DNA of 61,158 nt, the filler included, from Sphacelaria rigidula (Eukaryota), in assembly GCA_964200075.2 (NCBI GenBank). It is 6 parts of 6 records of this genome, joined end to end, with 100 filler letters (N's around TTAATTAATTAA, not from the genome) between each part and the next. Parts side by side here need not be neighbours in the genome. Positions count along the whole stretch, not along the records: positions 30,631 to 40,740 come from CAXNAA020007118.1; positions 40,841 to 50,949 come from CAXNAA020007119.1; 4 more parts are not named here. One strand, given 5' to 3'. A program made the position numbers and the translations under genes. Position 1 is the stretch's first letter. Every line of letters starts with the position of its first letter. Under the pieces are notes generated by a model. The model saw only the letters and a program-made list of their open reading frames with translations, was not told the DNA's origin and made no database searches. Below, in pieces: positions 34,651 to 48,150 of this stretch.

Positions 34651-37600
34651 TGTTTTTCATGTTGATCTACACACGACATTTGTTCACCGCTCAACCGCAC
34701 TCGCACGCATAGATTACGCCACGGTAACGAGGGCTTCGCCATCTATTACGCACTCGCCAGAAACCGCGAAACAAGGGCACGGAGCCGCCCGATAGGCCGG
34801 CGAGGGCCTTTGCATATGTATCAGCACGCAGTTTCGAGCCAGTACAGCACGAGAATACGGCGAATATGTGCATGTACATCCATTGCACGTGCGGCGAAAT
34901 TGGTCATGACTAGTTTGAGAGGCCTCCGTCGTACCTACCAAGGATGGAGAAGCACGTTATGGTCATCATCTCTGGCGCTCAAGTGTTCCTGAGGTAATAT
35001 GGACGGATGATGAACGGTGCAGTTCACAGAGCAATCGTATCCCTCACGAATGGAAGGTCGGCGCCCAATTCAGCGGGCAAGGTGTGAACCAGTGCGAATA
35101 GTCCGAAGAATAAAAATTATACCGCACTGTCCTTGTACTGCACCCAAGCGGGACTGTTATACTACAGTACAACTGTTGTAGTACAGTACTGAGTATTGCC
35201 ATTGTACAACCGCAACAGTTGCACGGGACATCTTCAATGTTGTACCATGTAGAGTATACTGACTAATGTTGCGCAACGGACAGTTCGATGGTTCAAATAT
35301 TTGCGTCGTCTGTAACCGCCACCCCTGGTCCACAGCAGCGGAAGTGGGGCGTACACAATGGATTACTATCCGTCTGGACGCATACCGTAGTTCAGTCGGT
35401 CCATGATCTTCACACAACATCGACCACAGCCTAAGGACAACAGACAGTACAACAGTGCATTACGGCGCGTTGCTTGCATCAGAATATACAACAGATTTTG
35501 GGTACAAACTGAAAGCCGTAGTCCACTGCAACCCCATCTCACCATAACTGTCCCCGCTGCCTCTGTGGTGGCAGACGGCGAGCACCGGAAGGTCGGGAAG
35601 GATGCCCCACTTGTGCGGCTAGAGACCAAATGACGAGTTGTTTTAGCAGACACGGCCCGCAGCATCTGCTGTCTGACGAAGTCTGAATCACCCGCCAACT
35701 GACAAACGACACAAGACACACCACGTGTTGTACCGCGCCGAACAGCCCACGCAGGTGGTGAAAGGGCTTTCTGTTGTGTACGGTGCACAACACACCGCGT
35801 CCAAGTGATGGTTCAACAACTCAGTATATCTGATCTTGCGCAAAGTTCCAGAAGATTTTCCTGGGGAGTCTATGCAACGATCGGGATATCACCAACGTGA
35901 GTCGAGGAGTTGCGCACTTGTGGCTTCGGTGGCTGGATATGTGAACGGTTCGATATGTCGTCGTACCCCCAGACAGATGCGGCTCGTGCGTCGTGGTCTC
36001 CGACCTTCCATCATGTGCGAGCTAACTAAACTGAAATCAGCTGGGGGTATAGTCGTTTTCCATGATGCTTCTGGCCTGATATGGCGGTCTGCAGCCCTGG
36101 GCCGGACGCATATATTGTCCCAAAGGGCGTCAACATAGCTGAAGTACTTGACACATATTGTGGAAGCTACACATCTCTTACGCGCACTGGAATACCGCGC
36201 GATCAGTACGAGCTATCAGTAGTCGAGTGGAATAAGTCGTGAGATCATTTTTTAATGATTATTTTTCGTGTACGCTCATTTCATTGGATCCAACATTTTG
36301 ACGGATACAGCAGTATGTTTTGGTCAGACCTTGATCAAACGGGTTTTGGATACAGTACGGCCACCACACTAGGGGGTACGTACAAGCACGTGTATGAAAG
36401 CTTGATACGTGCAGATAAGTGTTGCCTATTCGTGCTAGATTCATATTTTGTAGGGCGTGCAGAGTTCTCGTGCACCGTAGGGCCCAAACAGCGCATACCA
36501 GTGTAGAGTGTGGGAAACCAAAAAAGGAAAAGTTGTGCTGGAACGACCACCGATAGCACCGCACTACATTTGTTTGGATCCAAAAATGTGTGATTGAAAA
36601 CCCATGATCGCTACATGAGTTTGCATCACCGCCGTTATGCTCCGCTGTTGTACGGTGCCCTATTTGTCTGTGCGGTATTGAAGAGTTGAACACTAAGCGC
36701 CCGGTACACTTGCCGTTTGCAGGTGAATGTTCATGAACACACCTCGCGAAACCGGTGGAAAAGACGACAACGGCATGCAATACGGGTGCGACTGAGAGTT
36801 GATGACACCAGGGGGCAAGCCTATTATTATCGTGTGCATCAACAGCAGAGAACCACGGCGAGGAGTAGGGCACGTACAAATCTACAGCAAGGCTGCCTGG
36901 TAGAACATATCGACTGCTTGCAAAGAAAGGGTGAGGTGCGCGGTGGCACCTCGCGGCTGCAACCTCCGGTTTCAACACGGCGGCGATGGAGACAAATGAA
37001 GCCCCCGGCAATAACAACATCGGTGAACACAAATCCTCGAGCGAATCCTCACCACAACGACAACATAGCTTAGAGAGTTACACCGTTGCTACGAACATAT
37101 TTGGACTCGGGCGCCGTGGCAGCGAATCTCGGCGGCCTAGTGGAGATGGAGTGGGCGCCGCCGGTCGGAGCCGCGCTATTGCGAAGGCCATGCAAGAAAA
37201 AGCGGCAAACAGGCAAGAGTACGAGTAGTAAAACGTGAAAAGTTTGTCGTGTTTTCCACCTACGTTCAAGTAGCGATTATCGGTGACTTCGGTACGGCAC
37301 GTGGCACAGCTTAGATGTGCGGCATCCCATGCTGTATGTTAGTGTGTGAGGAGGATTGAGAAAAGGTAAGGAACCCTTCGAGTATATCGACGTATGCATG
37401 CGCATGCCGTAAGCTTTGCTATCGATGTGGGTGGCCGAGTTGTATGGCATTGACGCGCGGGATCTTGCCTCGCTTGCTTTCTGTTTTTTCACGCGATTCA
37501 GAGGCAACGGAGATCAATACACGGTCGCCACCGTTCAAACTGTGCACGTCTACTATTATAAGCACACTCCCGAGCAGTCATATGACGACAGAGCGCGGGA

Positions 37601-38636
37601 AGAACAACCATCACCACTCGTTCCATGTGACCCCACAAAGGGCGAATGCTCACCTTTCCTTTTTCGTTGTACGACTCCGGCCAAGCGGCACATTATTACT
37701 CAATGACGGTTCCCGTCAACAACAGTGTCTTAGGTTACTACTATACTGTCGTACTTCGAAGTAGTGATGAGCCCCCGAGGCTTGTACTTTGAAACAAACA
37801 AGGGAGAGAAATTGGGGCTAAGCTTGGCCCACTACAGATTCACCCTATTAACACCCAAAAATTTGTAGGTTCGGGGGGCAACAACGACTACCGTCGCTGC
37901 TGTTATTGTCGGCGTAGGGCAGGATCGGGATGCCGACAGGCTTGGGCACTGTGCAACAATTAATTACCAACGGCATCCCCGTTCGAAATTCCATCGTCGA
38001 GTGATCTCCTCGCCATCATCAAAATATCTCTTTGGGCGTGCAGTTCTACTGATTGCACGTACGCTCTTGAGAGTTCGGGTGTAAAGTCCCTTTCTCTGCA
38101 TGTTATGGTACATGTTGTGCAATCACCATGATTCGGCAGAAGCGGTGCAAAGGGGGGTTGTGACTCTTGTCTGAAGCTGGGGAATGTAAAAAAAGAGCTA
38201 GAGATTATTGGACAGCGGCGAAGACAAGATCTGGCGGCTTGACATCCGTAAAAAATGGATGCTTCGACATCAACATGCGTCACTTTTTCGATGATCGCGC
38301 TTTTTTTCGTAAGATGCTCATCATGGTGTACGGTGAATCAAGCAGACATCACACGCGACGTCTTTTGTCGCTGCCGGGTAAATATTCGAGTCTCATGAAC
38401 CTAGCCACTACGTAAACGGCGACACTCTCTGTCGGCAGACGAGAAACCTCCCATCGTGCTGCATCATTCTCGGGAACATGCGGATTCCTTTTCTAATGAC
38501 ATCACCCTTTCTTTGCTGACGCGCGTGGTCGACGCACCCCATACCATGAAATCCGCGCTGTTGTACTGTACCGTACCGCCATAGAAAGGTAGTTCCCCCC
38601 ACTCTGGTGTCATCTTGTTTACCCTCAAACCGGCAG

Positions 38637-38733
38637 CGCATCGAGGGCCATTAAGTCCTACGCCGGAGCGCTCGACGAGGTGCGCGAGGCCCAGGTATCT
38701 CCCTTCACCAACTGGACCGTGGAGCAGATGCAG
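38637..38733 (+). CDS. exon of an unidentified multi-exon gene or pseudogene
   Basis: GGCAG|C-ASRAIKSYAGALDEVREAQVSPFTNWTVEQMQ|GTACAA; strongly GC3-biased. The phase-0 donor matches the next exon. Confidence 0.5.
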
Positions 38734-38979
38734 GTACAATTGATGGTCTGGTCTTATGAGTCAAAGCTGGCGCGAGAGGCGGGTCACTTCGTTGTACACT
38801 GTACAGTACCGTAACTGTGCAACCTATGAGGCCTCTATCGCGAGTCTCACGTGTGCACAAAGACAGAGATAGGTCATTCCCATCCATCTCGGAGAAAACT
38901 ATCAACCGTGCTCATGCCGTGACATTGCTGGGGTGCAAACAATAACACATCGGCGAACGTTCATCCGTCGTCATGCCAG

Positions 38980-39144
38980 TCGTTTCTCGTGGGTAACGGC
39001 ATCGACATTCGAGGACAATCAACGCTGGCTCGCCACCAGTACGTGGCTATCATGGACAAAGTGTGCCGGAACCTCCCCGTGGTTCCTGAGGTACCCGAGC
39101 CGCTTGATGCAAAGTCGCGAGCAAAGCGGGAAAAGGCGGCACGG
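38980..39144 (+). CDS. exon of an unidentified multi-exon gene or pseudogene
   Basis: GCCAG|SFLVGNGIDIRGQSTLARHQYVAIMDKVCRNLPVVPEVPEPLDAKSRAKREKAAR|GTGAGT; 165 nt, phase 0-0. Confidence 0.5.
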
Positions 39145-40740
39145 GTGAGTACTGCACCGTCATGAGACCTGACGTCAGGACTAGGCGTATAATTTCGAGC
39201 TTACGTTGCGTCAGGGACGACTATCGTGGGATCGGGATACATGTGTGTGTGTGTGTGTGTGTGTTTACGAGCTCCGGCTCTCATCTGCACCCGGCTTCAG
39301 TCGGACTTGATTGCGAAGCGGTTATGGGAATCGATACATTTGGTGGGGGGGCGTACTCATTCGTTGCTTGCCTTGAACAATGTTTTCGTGAGATTGAGAG
39401 TAGAGCGCGGGTTGAGAGTGGCTTTGATCATTCGCTTCAACTTAGCCAATATTTCGTTGTCTGTGGGCTTTTATTTTCCTTCACCATTGTCGTGTGCTTA
39501 CAGCTTCACGTGGATATCCTACTCAGGGATATCAAGCGCCTCAGTGGCAAGTTACTACAGAAAGAATATCGGGCCTCGTGGAGGGCATTTCGGAACTGAA
39601 ACGATTCATTCCCTGGTTGACCGCTTTTCATTCTCAATCGTATCCTCTACTCTGAAACTCACGAGAACATTGTTCTTAGTCGTTTGACCATTGACCATGC
39701 ATTCATTTCGAGGCGGAGCATACATTTCGTGGGAGAAGGCACGTGGGAATCAATCTCCGCCACAGGTTTGGCGAAGGTAGATCACGACGTGGATTACACA
39801 GTGCGATTTTTCTACGCCCAAACATATTGCGCCATCCTGTCGAGGTATAATGGAGTTTGGATGACCCGTGAACCTGCTAGATATCGTCGACTGCATCCGG
39901 TTTCAACACGGCATTTCTAATTTCTTAGAACCCTCGTTATTGGTGACGCTTGTAGGGGTGAAACAGGGAACCTCCACACACCAAGGGTGCACTTGTCAGC
40001 CTTGATCGTATAATGAAGGGACAAGAAAAGGAGACAAGCGAAAGGACTCCGAACTCCCCAAAAAAATACTGACTATATATTGACAGCTCTCCATGACCTC
40101 TTCCGACGGCCGAAATTTCAGTGTCGCGGCGGGCGAAGAGGGGTGGACGCACGAGACGTGGTCACCCCATTTTCCCGGTGAAATCGAGGTAGAGACGCTC
40201 ATCACACCGGTGGCGAGGGTGCTACGTTCCCATCACCCACAGTAGACGTTTTGCCTCCACGAGCAACAGTGTTTTTCTTTTCCGCTTTGCAGAGAGGACG
40301 ATCTTCAAGGCAAAGAGCAAGCCTATTTGGGCCCTAGCGCTCTCGACGTCGAAATCAAGTTCTCGGTCGCCTTGTGAAGTCGCGCTTGGCACTTTGTTGT
40401 AGATCACCCGGCGACTCTGCAGGCACCCGTGAGTGATGCCTCGATATATAGCCCCCCCCGCCCAGAAAAATGGCTGCTTTAAGGAGGCAGAACCTACATG
40501 TGAATCAATATGACAGAAGCCGAGCACACCGAGCAGCAGGGAACTTCTACGCTTGGGATCGTGTTCGCCAAATTCGCCTATATGACGCGCTTTATGCAGT
40601 CTGAAACCACCTATCATTTCGCTAGACTGTATGACTACTTTTCTTCGTGACGATTTCGGGGCTGAGTTGGGGGAGGTGTACTCACGATCATGCATGCCAT
40701 AGTCATCAGACCATTGACCTCGCATCCCTACAAAGCCGGG

Positions 40741-40840
40741 NNNNNNNNNNNNNNNNNNNNNNNNNNNNNNNNNNNNNNNNNNNNTTAATTAATTAANNNN
40801 NNNNNNNNNNNNNNNNNNNNNNNNNNNNNNNNNNNNNNNN
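40741..40840. other. artificial contig spacer
   Basis: 44 N + TTAATTAATTAA + 44 N. Confidence 0.98.
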
Positions 40841-41815
40841 CTTGCCGACCCCCGCCAGTTTGCCCAAAAATCTGTGGGACTCGGGCCCCGAATCTTGGCC
40901 ACGGATTTTTTCACCCAAATTTTCGATAAATCTGTACCCATAACAGGGGTGTCACACGAATTTTGAAGATCCGGGGCCGAAGATCTGTCGCCATAACATC
41001 CGGCCTCAGGGCCGTCATTACCGAGACAGTTTTTGGGAGATCGCCAAGATTTTAGGCGTTTTCGCACCTTTTCCTCAATGTTCTCCCCAAATGAAGAGGC
41101 GAGATTTTTTTCGCCAAGCCTTCACGTTTGGCGAATGCCATTGGCGAATGCCTAACATTTCGGACTCCAGCACAATACTCCGCAGAGCTGCCCTCGGCGC
41201 ACGCCGCGGCGCTCGCAAGCATGCGAGAATAATCAGGAACCTTGCTAGTGACACCCTGGGCTATGTCGTGAAGTAAAAAGCACCGCGGGTTGGCGGTATC
41301 TATCTCCTTGGACGGTGTGTGCCCCGGCAGCGGTTTTGGAGCTGTTGGGGTCAAGCACGGTGGTCGTCGTTTGCAGACATGAGCACTTTCGAAGCGAAGA
41401 GCAGGAACAATCCAGTAGCTACCTACTCGCCTGCAGTGCTGCTACGAGGGTACGCTACCGCACCGTCTGAAAAGTGTATAGCTGGTGGTTTGATTGGGTG
41501 TATCTGCGCATACAACTCAAAGAAAGCAAGTATGCCGCAATCTACGCACGAGGCTTTCTACAGTCGGCATTTTTAGTCATGTGTGCTGCTGCAGAATTCC
41601 GAGAGAGCCGGTCGATCACGCCCTAGCCTGTCCGACTGCCCCTCCGTGTCACAGAGAGGTTGTGAGAAATATGTTCACCACAGTTATGGACGCCATACAC
41701 GAGCAGGTAGCATAACCCTGTCCTTTATTTTGCCGGCGGAGGCAAGTAAACGACGAGATCAGCACCATCTGTATTGAGATATTCAACAGCAACAGTAGAT
41801 CTAGATAATAACGAG

Positions 41816-42670
41816 CCCTACGAGCTGGGCCAGCCTAGAGGCGGATTTGAAGTTTGCAGGCGCATGCTCTTTTATACATTTAGAGTTGGAACCTGAAATT
41901 TTGAATGGACAGTGAATAGGGCATGAAAAAAAATTACCTCGGTCCCGAAAGTTTTTTTTCATGAGTTGAAGGCATTTTACTGATACCTGAAAACTGATTA
42001 TTGCCCTTGAATAATAAAAAAAAAAAACTTTTGGTACCGAGGTAATTTTTTTTTCATGCCCTATTCATTGTCCATACCAATTCCAGGATCCAACTCTAAA
42101 TGTATACAAGAGCATGGGCCTATCAAAAACCGGATCGGTAGAAATTCGGAACAGTATTTCGCAGGCCACTCACCGGCCCACGTTTGGTTTTCGTGTATTG
42201 AAATTTTGTGGGGGCGCTCCCTAAGGCACAGTTAACACAAAAAGTGGGTCAGGTTGATTATTTAATTTTTTTTCACTGGTTAAGAGCGTTCTACTATGTT
42301 GACCATTTCTTCACGAGAACGCCCCAACCTCTATGCAAAAAAAAAATTGAAGGCCCATTTTTTTTTATTCGGCACTTTTTGTGGTTATTCACACCAAAAT
42401 TCGTCGCCATCCGCCAAATGCATCGATCGGGAATTTCATGGAGAAGTTAGTATTGGCGCTATCTTCCTTAGGTATAGGAATTACTAGACNNNNNNNNNAC
42501 ATGGGGTTTAATCAACGAGAAAATATGGACCCAAAATTTTGAGCAGATGGGCACCTTCCCCTTGATTGGACGATTAATACGATGTGCGGATCACGGCCCA
42601 ACTCGTCTGTGTCGATGGGATATTGCTTTCAGGGGCTTAAATCCATTTTTGGGCTGGCCCAGCTCGTGGG
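41816..42670. mobile_element. TIR element of uncertain superfamily containing a nested ~260-bp foldback (41859-42120)
   Basis: Ends CCCTACGAGCTGGGCCAGCC / GGCTGGCCCAGCTCGTGGG. Nested inverted arms CATGCTCTTTTATACATTTAGAGTTGGA... / ...TCCAACTCTAAATGTATACAAGAGCATG. A third terminus lies at 45940-45959. Confidence 0.7.
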
Positions 42671-44526
42671 CGAATTCCGAAATTTCAGGCCTTCTCCCAT
42701 TTTGTTTTTTTGTCGATAATAAAGGCCCCTACAAGTATCCGCATCTCGGACAGATCAGCTCGTTACAGGTCCGGGTCGGCTCATTTGGGGCATAGATCGT
42801 GATCTGTACGAGGTGTGCTGTCATCGGTACGTTGCTTGTCTGATGGTGATCTGTAGGACCCGCTTGACCTGTACATGTTCGCCGAGCGACGAGATGTACG
42901 ACCCGCTTGACACACACCTTCGTGTACAAATTATGTGCAAAACAATGATGGGGGTGATTGGGGCCCGATTTTGGGCACTATATACCTGGAAAATGGACCG
43001 ACCAACTCCACAGTCAGTTGAATGCTGAAGAAATGAAACCTAAATGAGCCAATCAGGATCAATCACAAGTACACGCGTCACTCGAAATGACGACGGTGCT
43101 CATACAAAATCTACTATTGCTGTATCATATGAGTACATTCTACAACACACCTGTGACTGACGTTGCTGTACACCTGTGCACAGGGTTACAACAACAGGAG
43201 GATAGAAACTGCTGCTCGTGTTGTTGTTGTGCCCCTCTCATTGCAGTATGCTGTTGTGCTTATCTTTCAACTCTATTTTCTCGGCAATGAAGCAGAGGAT
43301 TGGACTTCGGTTTGATGCATACGCTTCCCACACACCAGAACTATTAAGTGTTGCGAGCAGGTTTCCGTAACGCGTGCCGTGGAGGCCGCAGCACTTCGCA
43401 AACCGCTGCATCAAACACGAAATGTACTGAAAACGCGTTTCCTGCAACGTTCTGGGGCTTTTCGGACCCACTGTGGCGAATTGAGCAAATCCGCTTACGG
43501 CGCTGAAGAGGTCTAGTGTGTGTGCGAGGGGCTGTGAAGTTCCAGAGGCCGCTGTGCTTCCTGTCTCGAGATAATTGCGATGAAAAAATGACATCTGCCG
43601 CATACCAAATCTAGGTAACTTGGGATGGAGCGTGTGCCATGCTCGGCACAGGTTGGGCACAGGTCCGAACAGTTCATGACGTCTTCCATACGCCTTCAAT
43701 ACCCCTCCTCATTCACTTTATTTTTGGTCGGGAACGAAGTTTTGGTCGGTAAGACCTTCATTCACCCCCATAACTGTGTCGTCTGTACATCACGTATGCG
43801 TCATCTGTGTTACTCGGCGTTGGCAAACGCAGCGGCTTCTCGTCCACCCGCACGATTTGATTGATTGATTGATTGATTGTCGCACTTTACCTGACCCCGT
43901 AGGGGTCCAGCTGTGGTCTCATGATAGACGTACCCAAGCAAAACGAAACTGAAACACGCTCTAAGGAAAAAAAATGATTAGCATGTATACCAAAAGCTAT
44001 CCCTTACCCATGGAATCTGAATCTAGTATACAGGAGACAATTCCCCGCAGCCGTAAAATCCGGATCAACAGTAAACACTTTCCAGTAAAGTACAAGCTAG
44101 GCCGCCTAAGAAGCGGACTTTCCTTCAGCCGGTTCTAACTGACGATCTATCGCGAGTTGTGCCTACTATGACACATCGCGGTAATCTGAAAAATTAACGC
44201 GCGTCTTTCACTTCACGTAGCACTGCGATATGACAAGTTCTCATCAAACGAAATGCCAAACTGTAGTCAGCTGCGAAGTGTAGAAAGTTGAGGGTGGCAT
44301 GTGCGGCGGAATTAGGGGGAAAAAACTGGTGAAATCGCATTTACGGTTACAGTCGGCTTCGCCGCGGCCGCAAAGTGGCGGTGCTGCACTAGTTGTGCGG
44401 TTGTACAACAATGCATGTCGTACTGTAGCCGCACAGTGTCTGAGATGGCACGCAGACGAGACCTTCAGCGCGCCAAGGAGTCTGGTAGTAGTGTGCGAAC
44501 CGGTGAGCATTGTGTGAACAAAGTTT

Positions 44527-45263
44527 GTAGAAAACGTCAAACTTCGGGCTGAGGTTGTTGTACTCTCATAGCAAGTGAACCGGTTCTCGACAGAAAGACG
44601 CGATTTCACTCCTCAATTTCAAGTCGTTTTCCATGAAATTTTGACACGATATACATGAGGTATGTGTGAAGCCCCTACCGTTTCCCCCTTATTTATTTAT
44701 TCTTTTACTCGTGGGTTATTGATGATAAAAAATCGGAGCATTTTTTTCTGGTACAGGAGCGTCGATAACTCATTACGAAGAACAAAAGCGTTACGAGGGG
44801 GACAATCGAAACTTTTCCACATACCTCTTGCACATCGTGTCGAAATTTCGTGGGAAAATACTTGAAATAGAAAAGCATAACCGCGTTTCATTCTTTCGTG
44901 GCTGATCGAGCTCCACATAGGAACCGGTCTTCGACACGAACACACGATTATGCAGCTCAGTTTTGATCGTTTTCTATTAAATTCGGATGCGATGTACACG
45001 TATGTGCAAAGGCTCCATCTTCTTCCCCCTACATCTTAGCTTTGTTCTCAGTGAGTTGTCGGCGACCAAACTCTTCAAAACAGTTTTTTTCGGAACAAAA
45101 TCGTGAAAAACTCACGAAAAAAAGCGAAATGCAAGGGGCAGATAATAGAGTCTTCGTACATACGTCCTGTATATCTTGTCAAAACTTTACAAAAAATGAC
45201 CCAAAATTGAGCTTCATAATCGCGTGTTCACATCCCTGTCCGCATCTTTGGCGGTCCAGCCTG
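44527..45263. mobile_element. non-autonomous TA-flanked DNA transposon (Tc1/mariner-like), partial
   Basis: Inverted homologue of 9223-9955; terminus GGCGGTCCAGCCTG|TA. Confidence 0.7.
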
Positions 45264-47777
45264 TATCCCTCCGCTGCTTACCTCTTTGGCCCGGGTACAC
45301 TCTACATGCTCACAAGTCTGTTGGTTGATTGCAGCAGCCCGGGCGCACGGAACATGAAGTACGTATTTGTATTCGCAGGACTGATTGGTGGAGTGTACGG
45401 GTATCATTGTCGAACTTTGATCCGCTCGCATGCTCAACACAGTGTAGACGTCTGGAAACGGGATATGTCATGAGCCTAAGGAGCCCATGTAATCTGTGGT
45501 TGAATTGTCATGACCGGTATGAGAAATTCGGCTAGACAGTGAAGTAGCCCGCGTGTAGTCCACCTGTAGGGGAAGAAAATGACCATTTTGATACCCGTGA
45601 TTGATCAGAATTGCTCTCCGTTTCCCCCAGGCCGCGTTCTTGGCTTATAACTTTCCGTGGGAAACTTCAAAACATACATGGTTGAGTTAGTAAGCTTTTG
45701 GGCTGCTCCGCGAACAGGCCCCCATCCTACTATCGAAAACCACCCCTCTGCCCCCTAAACCCCCCCGAACATCTAAGGCTTAAGGTCGTCTATTATGCAG
45801 TACGATATGTGTTCACTCCTTTGTGCTAGCAGCAGAGGGTGCATGACCAGGTTGGTGTGCATTTCACAGCGATACGCTTAAGTCGGGCTTAGTAGGGAAA
45901 CGGTAGAACATGTGTGGTGCTCTGCGTTGTAAGTTTTGCGGCTGGCCCAGCTCGTGGGGTTAGAGTCAGGGTTGGAAAAATTCAGGTTGTGTCGACCACG
46001 GGAATATGACGACTACCTCGCGTGGTAAACGTCACTCTTTTCAAGAGCAACAGGCCTTCCCGAGAGAGGTGAAGAAGTGGAACGAACCACTTGTTCAAAC
46101 GTGCAACAGGGTGGTTTTGTATCGGGATTACAACCATGTTGTTCAAAAGGGTAAGGGTCTGCATCTCAGTGTGTCCGTTTTCTTCCCATCTATGCTGGAC
46201 TAGTGCCTACACCTTCCGGTATATGTGGGCGCATCAGCTAGGACCCTACAGGAGGAAGGTCAAGGCAGGCGTTTTACATTCGATTTTACTTTTCCACCTT
46301 TTTTCTGCTGTGGTGACTTTCTTCTTATCGCGGGAAGTGTTCGGTGGTTCCTTGTCCCTCGTTGACATTGGAATCGAATTGTTTCAGTAGCCGTCGGGAA
46401 TGTTGGTATAGTACAGTACAAGGATGCCATGAAGTCGAGAAAAAACATCAAGCCCTCTGCAGTCATAACTTGACTTTCTGGTGGGCAAGGAGAGGGCGAT
46501 GCAGGGGAGCCCCCTGCAGTTGACACTAGACGTTCCTTGTGAGCAAGGAGAGTGCCGTGGAGGGGGGCTACAGCTCTTGTCGCACGCCTTTCAGGTGCTC
46601 TGAGGTAAACTCCCCTCATCTTCAGCGTCTCTCGACACAACATTCGCTCGAATATCCCCCCCACCCCCCCTCTACCCTGTACGCCCAACTCATCCCTCCA
46701 AAAGTCGTAGAAGCGGAGGCTTGCAGCCAATGTCGAGTATGGTGCTCATTTTGAGCGTGTGGGTATTCTCCAGCATTTCGTCGCACGTCTTTCGCTGAAG
46801 GTATCGGATGACACCCAAACCTGAACGGTAATGTACCGCTGAGCCTTCTCCGTGCGCTTCAAGAGAAAGCGCGGGAAAACATGCCTTGCCGCCAGAAAAA
46901 ACGCGGCAAAAGTGGTGAAAAATGTAATATGATACATGTACATATGTGAAATTCCCAAGCTGTCAGGCATGGTAATATCTGGGATTTGGCACAGAAGAAA
47001 AAAAAATGAGAAGAGAGGCACATTGACCATTCAAAGTTAATACGAAAGTACTACAGTATACAAACTGAATCTTCTGGGTATCCGAGAATTGAAATTTCCT
47101 TCTAGGGGCAGGGGTGGAATCTCAAGCTGTGGTCTCTGTGCCTCCTTCGCATAGCCTATGTTACCAAGGCCAGCTGCGCAACATGTTCAGGCTTAGGCAC
47201 AGGCCATGAAAATGTATATACCCTGTGATGCAGTACTGTCGTCAGTTGTGTGTTCGCGTAGGGAGATGTTAAATTCTGACATTCTATGCAAAGGAACACC
47301 AAAGTCAACCCATTTATCTGTCCCGACAAAAGGCACGCAAGTTGCAGGTCTACGACTTCGGCCCGAAATCGAAATGCACAATCCATGTGCAAAATCGGAA
47401 GCTGTAAACCCACCGATGGTTCATGCGTGTGTTTACAAGTACGATTCTCATAACCGAGCGGCGCAGCTTGCACTGGATGAGACTCACATACCAGTGATGG
47501 CGATGGTTGGCGCATGCGTGCTTGTCCCGTTCTCAACGCAACGGGTCCCCGCTTGTACAGTTGGGGTAGCGACATACACTTGATCTCCCAGCCAATGCAC
47601 GATTTGTTTACTGTAGAAAGGGAAGTGTTATCTGCGCTCTGGGAATTCCCAAGCTCCCACAGGATATTGGGTCTGTCATCCGAAAGAGGAGAAGCAGTGT
47701 TCTACTTTCCCCCGAGGGTCCGCCCCTTGACCGATTGACCCTCACGGCTGATCTCAGAGCACAGAGTCAATCTTGCG

Positions 47778-48150
47778 AGGGCAGGTCGGGTGGGGTATGT
47801 CCAATACTCGGTATTTCTGTAAAGTCACACTCTTAGTGTCCAAACATTTGGGTAGAGTATTGAAATCGCACCCAAAAATACCCAAACATTGTGTACAGTA
47901 TTTCATATCGTCTTCAAGATACCCAATATTTGGGTAGAGTATCAAGGCCATACCCAAGTTATACTCTATACCCAGGTATTGCTGAAAGTGCTTACCCAAA
48001 ATTGCGTAGAGTACTTGGGTCGTGCCCAATCTACCCAACTTTGGGTTGAGTGTTGAGGTAATACCCAGTCTACCCAACACTTGGGTAGAGTGCATTCCCG
48101 GGTATTTTACCCGAGTATTCAACCGGACATTACTCTACCCGACGTGCCCT
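47778..48150. mobile_element. hAT-like MITE rich in TACCCA / TTGGGTAGAGTA motifs
   Basis: Inverted ends AGGGCAGGTCGGGT / ACCCGACGTGCCCT. A second partial copy lies at ~48790-49102. No TSD recognisable. Confidence 0.7.

Noticed and set aside
45986-46150. Symmetric exon-like segment CAG|...PREVKKWNEPLVQTCNRVVLYRDYNHVVQK|GTAAGG
   Set aside because: The splice sites are plausible, but no partner exons or recognisable product were found, so it is not called without transcript data.
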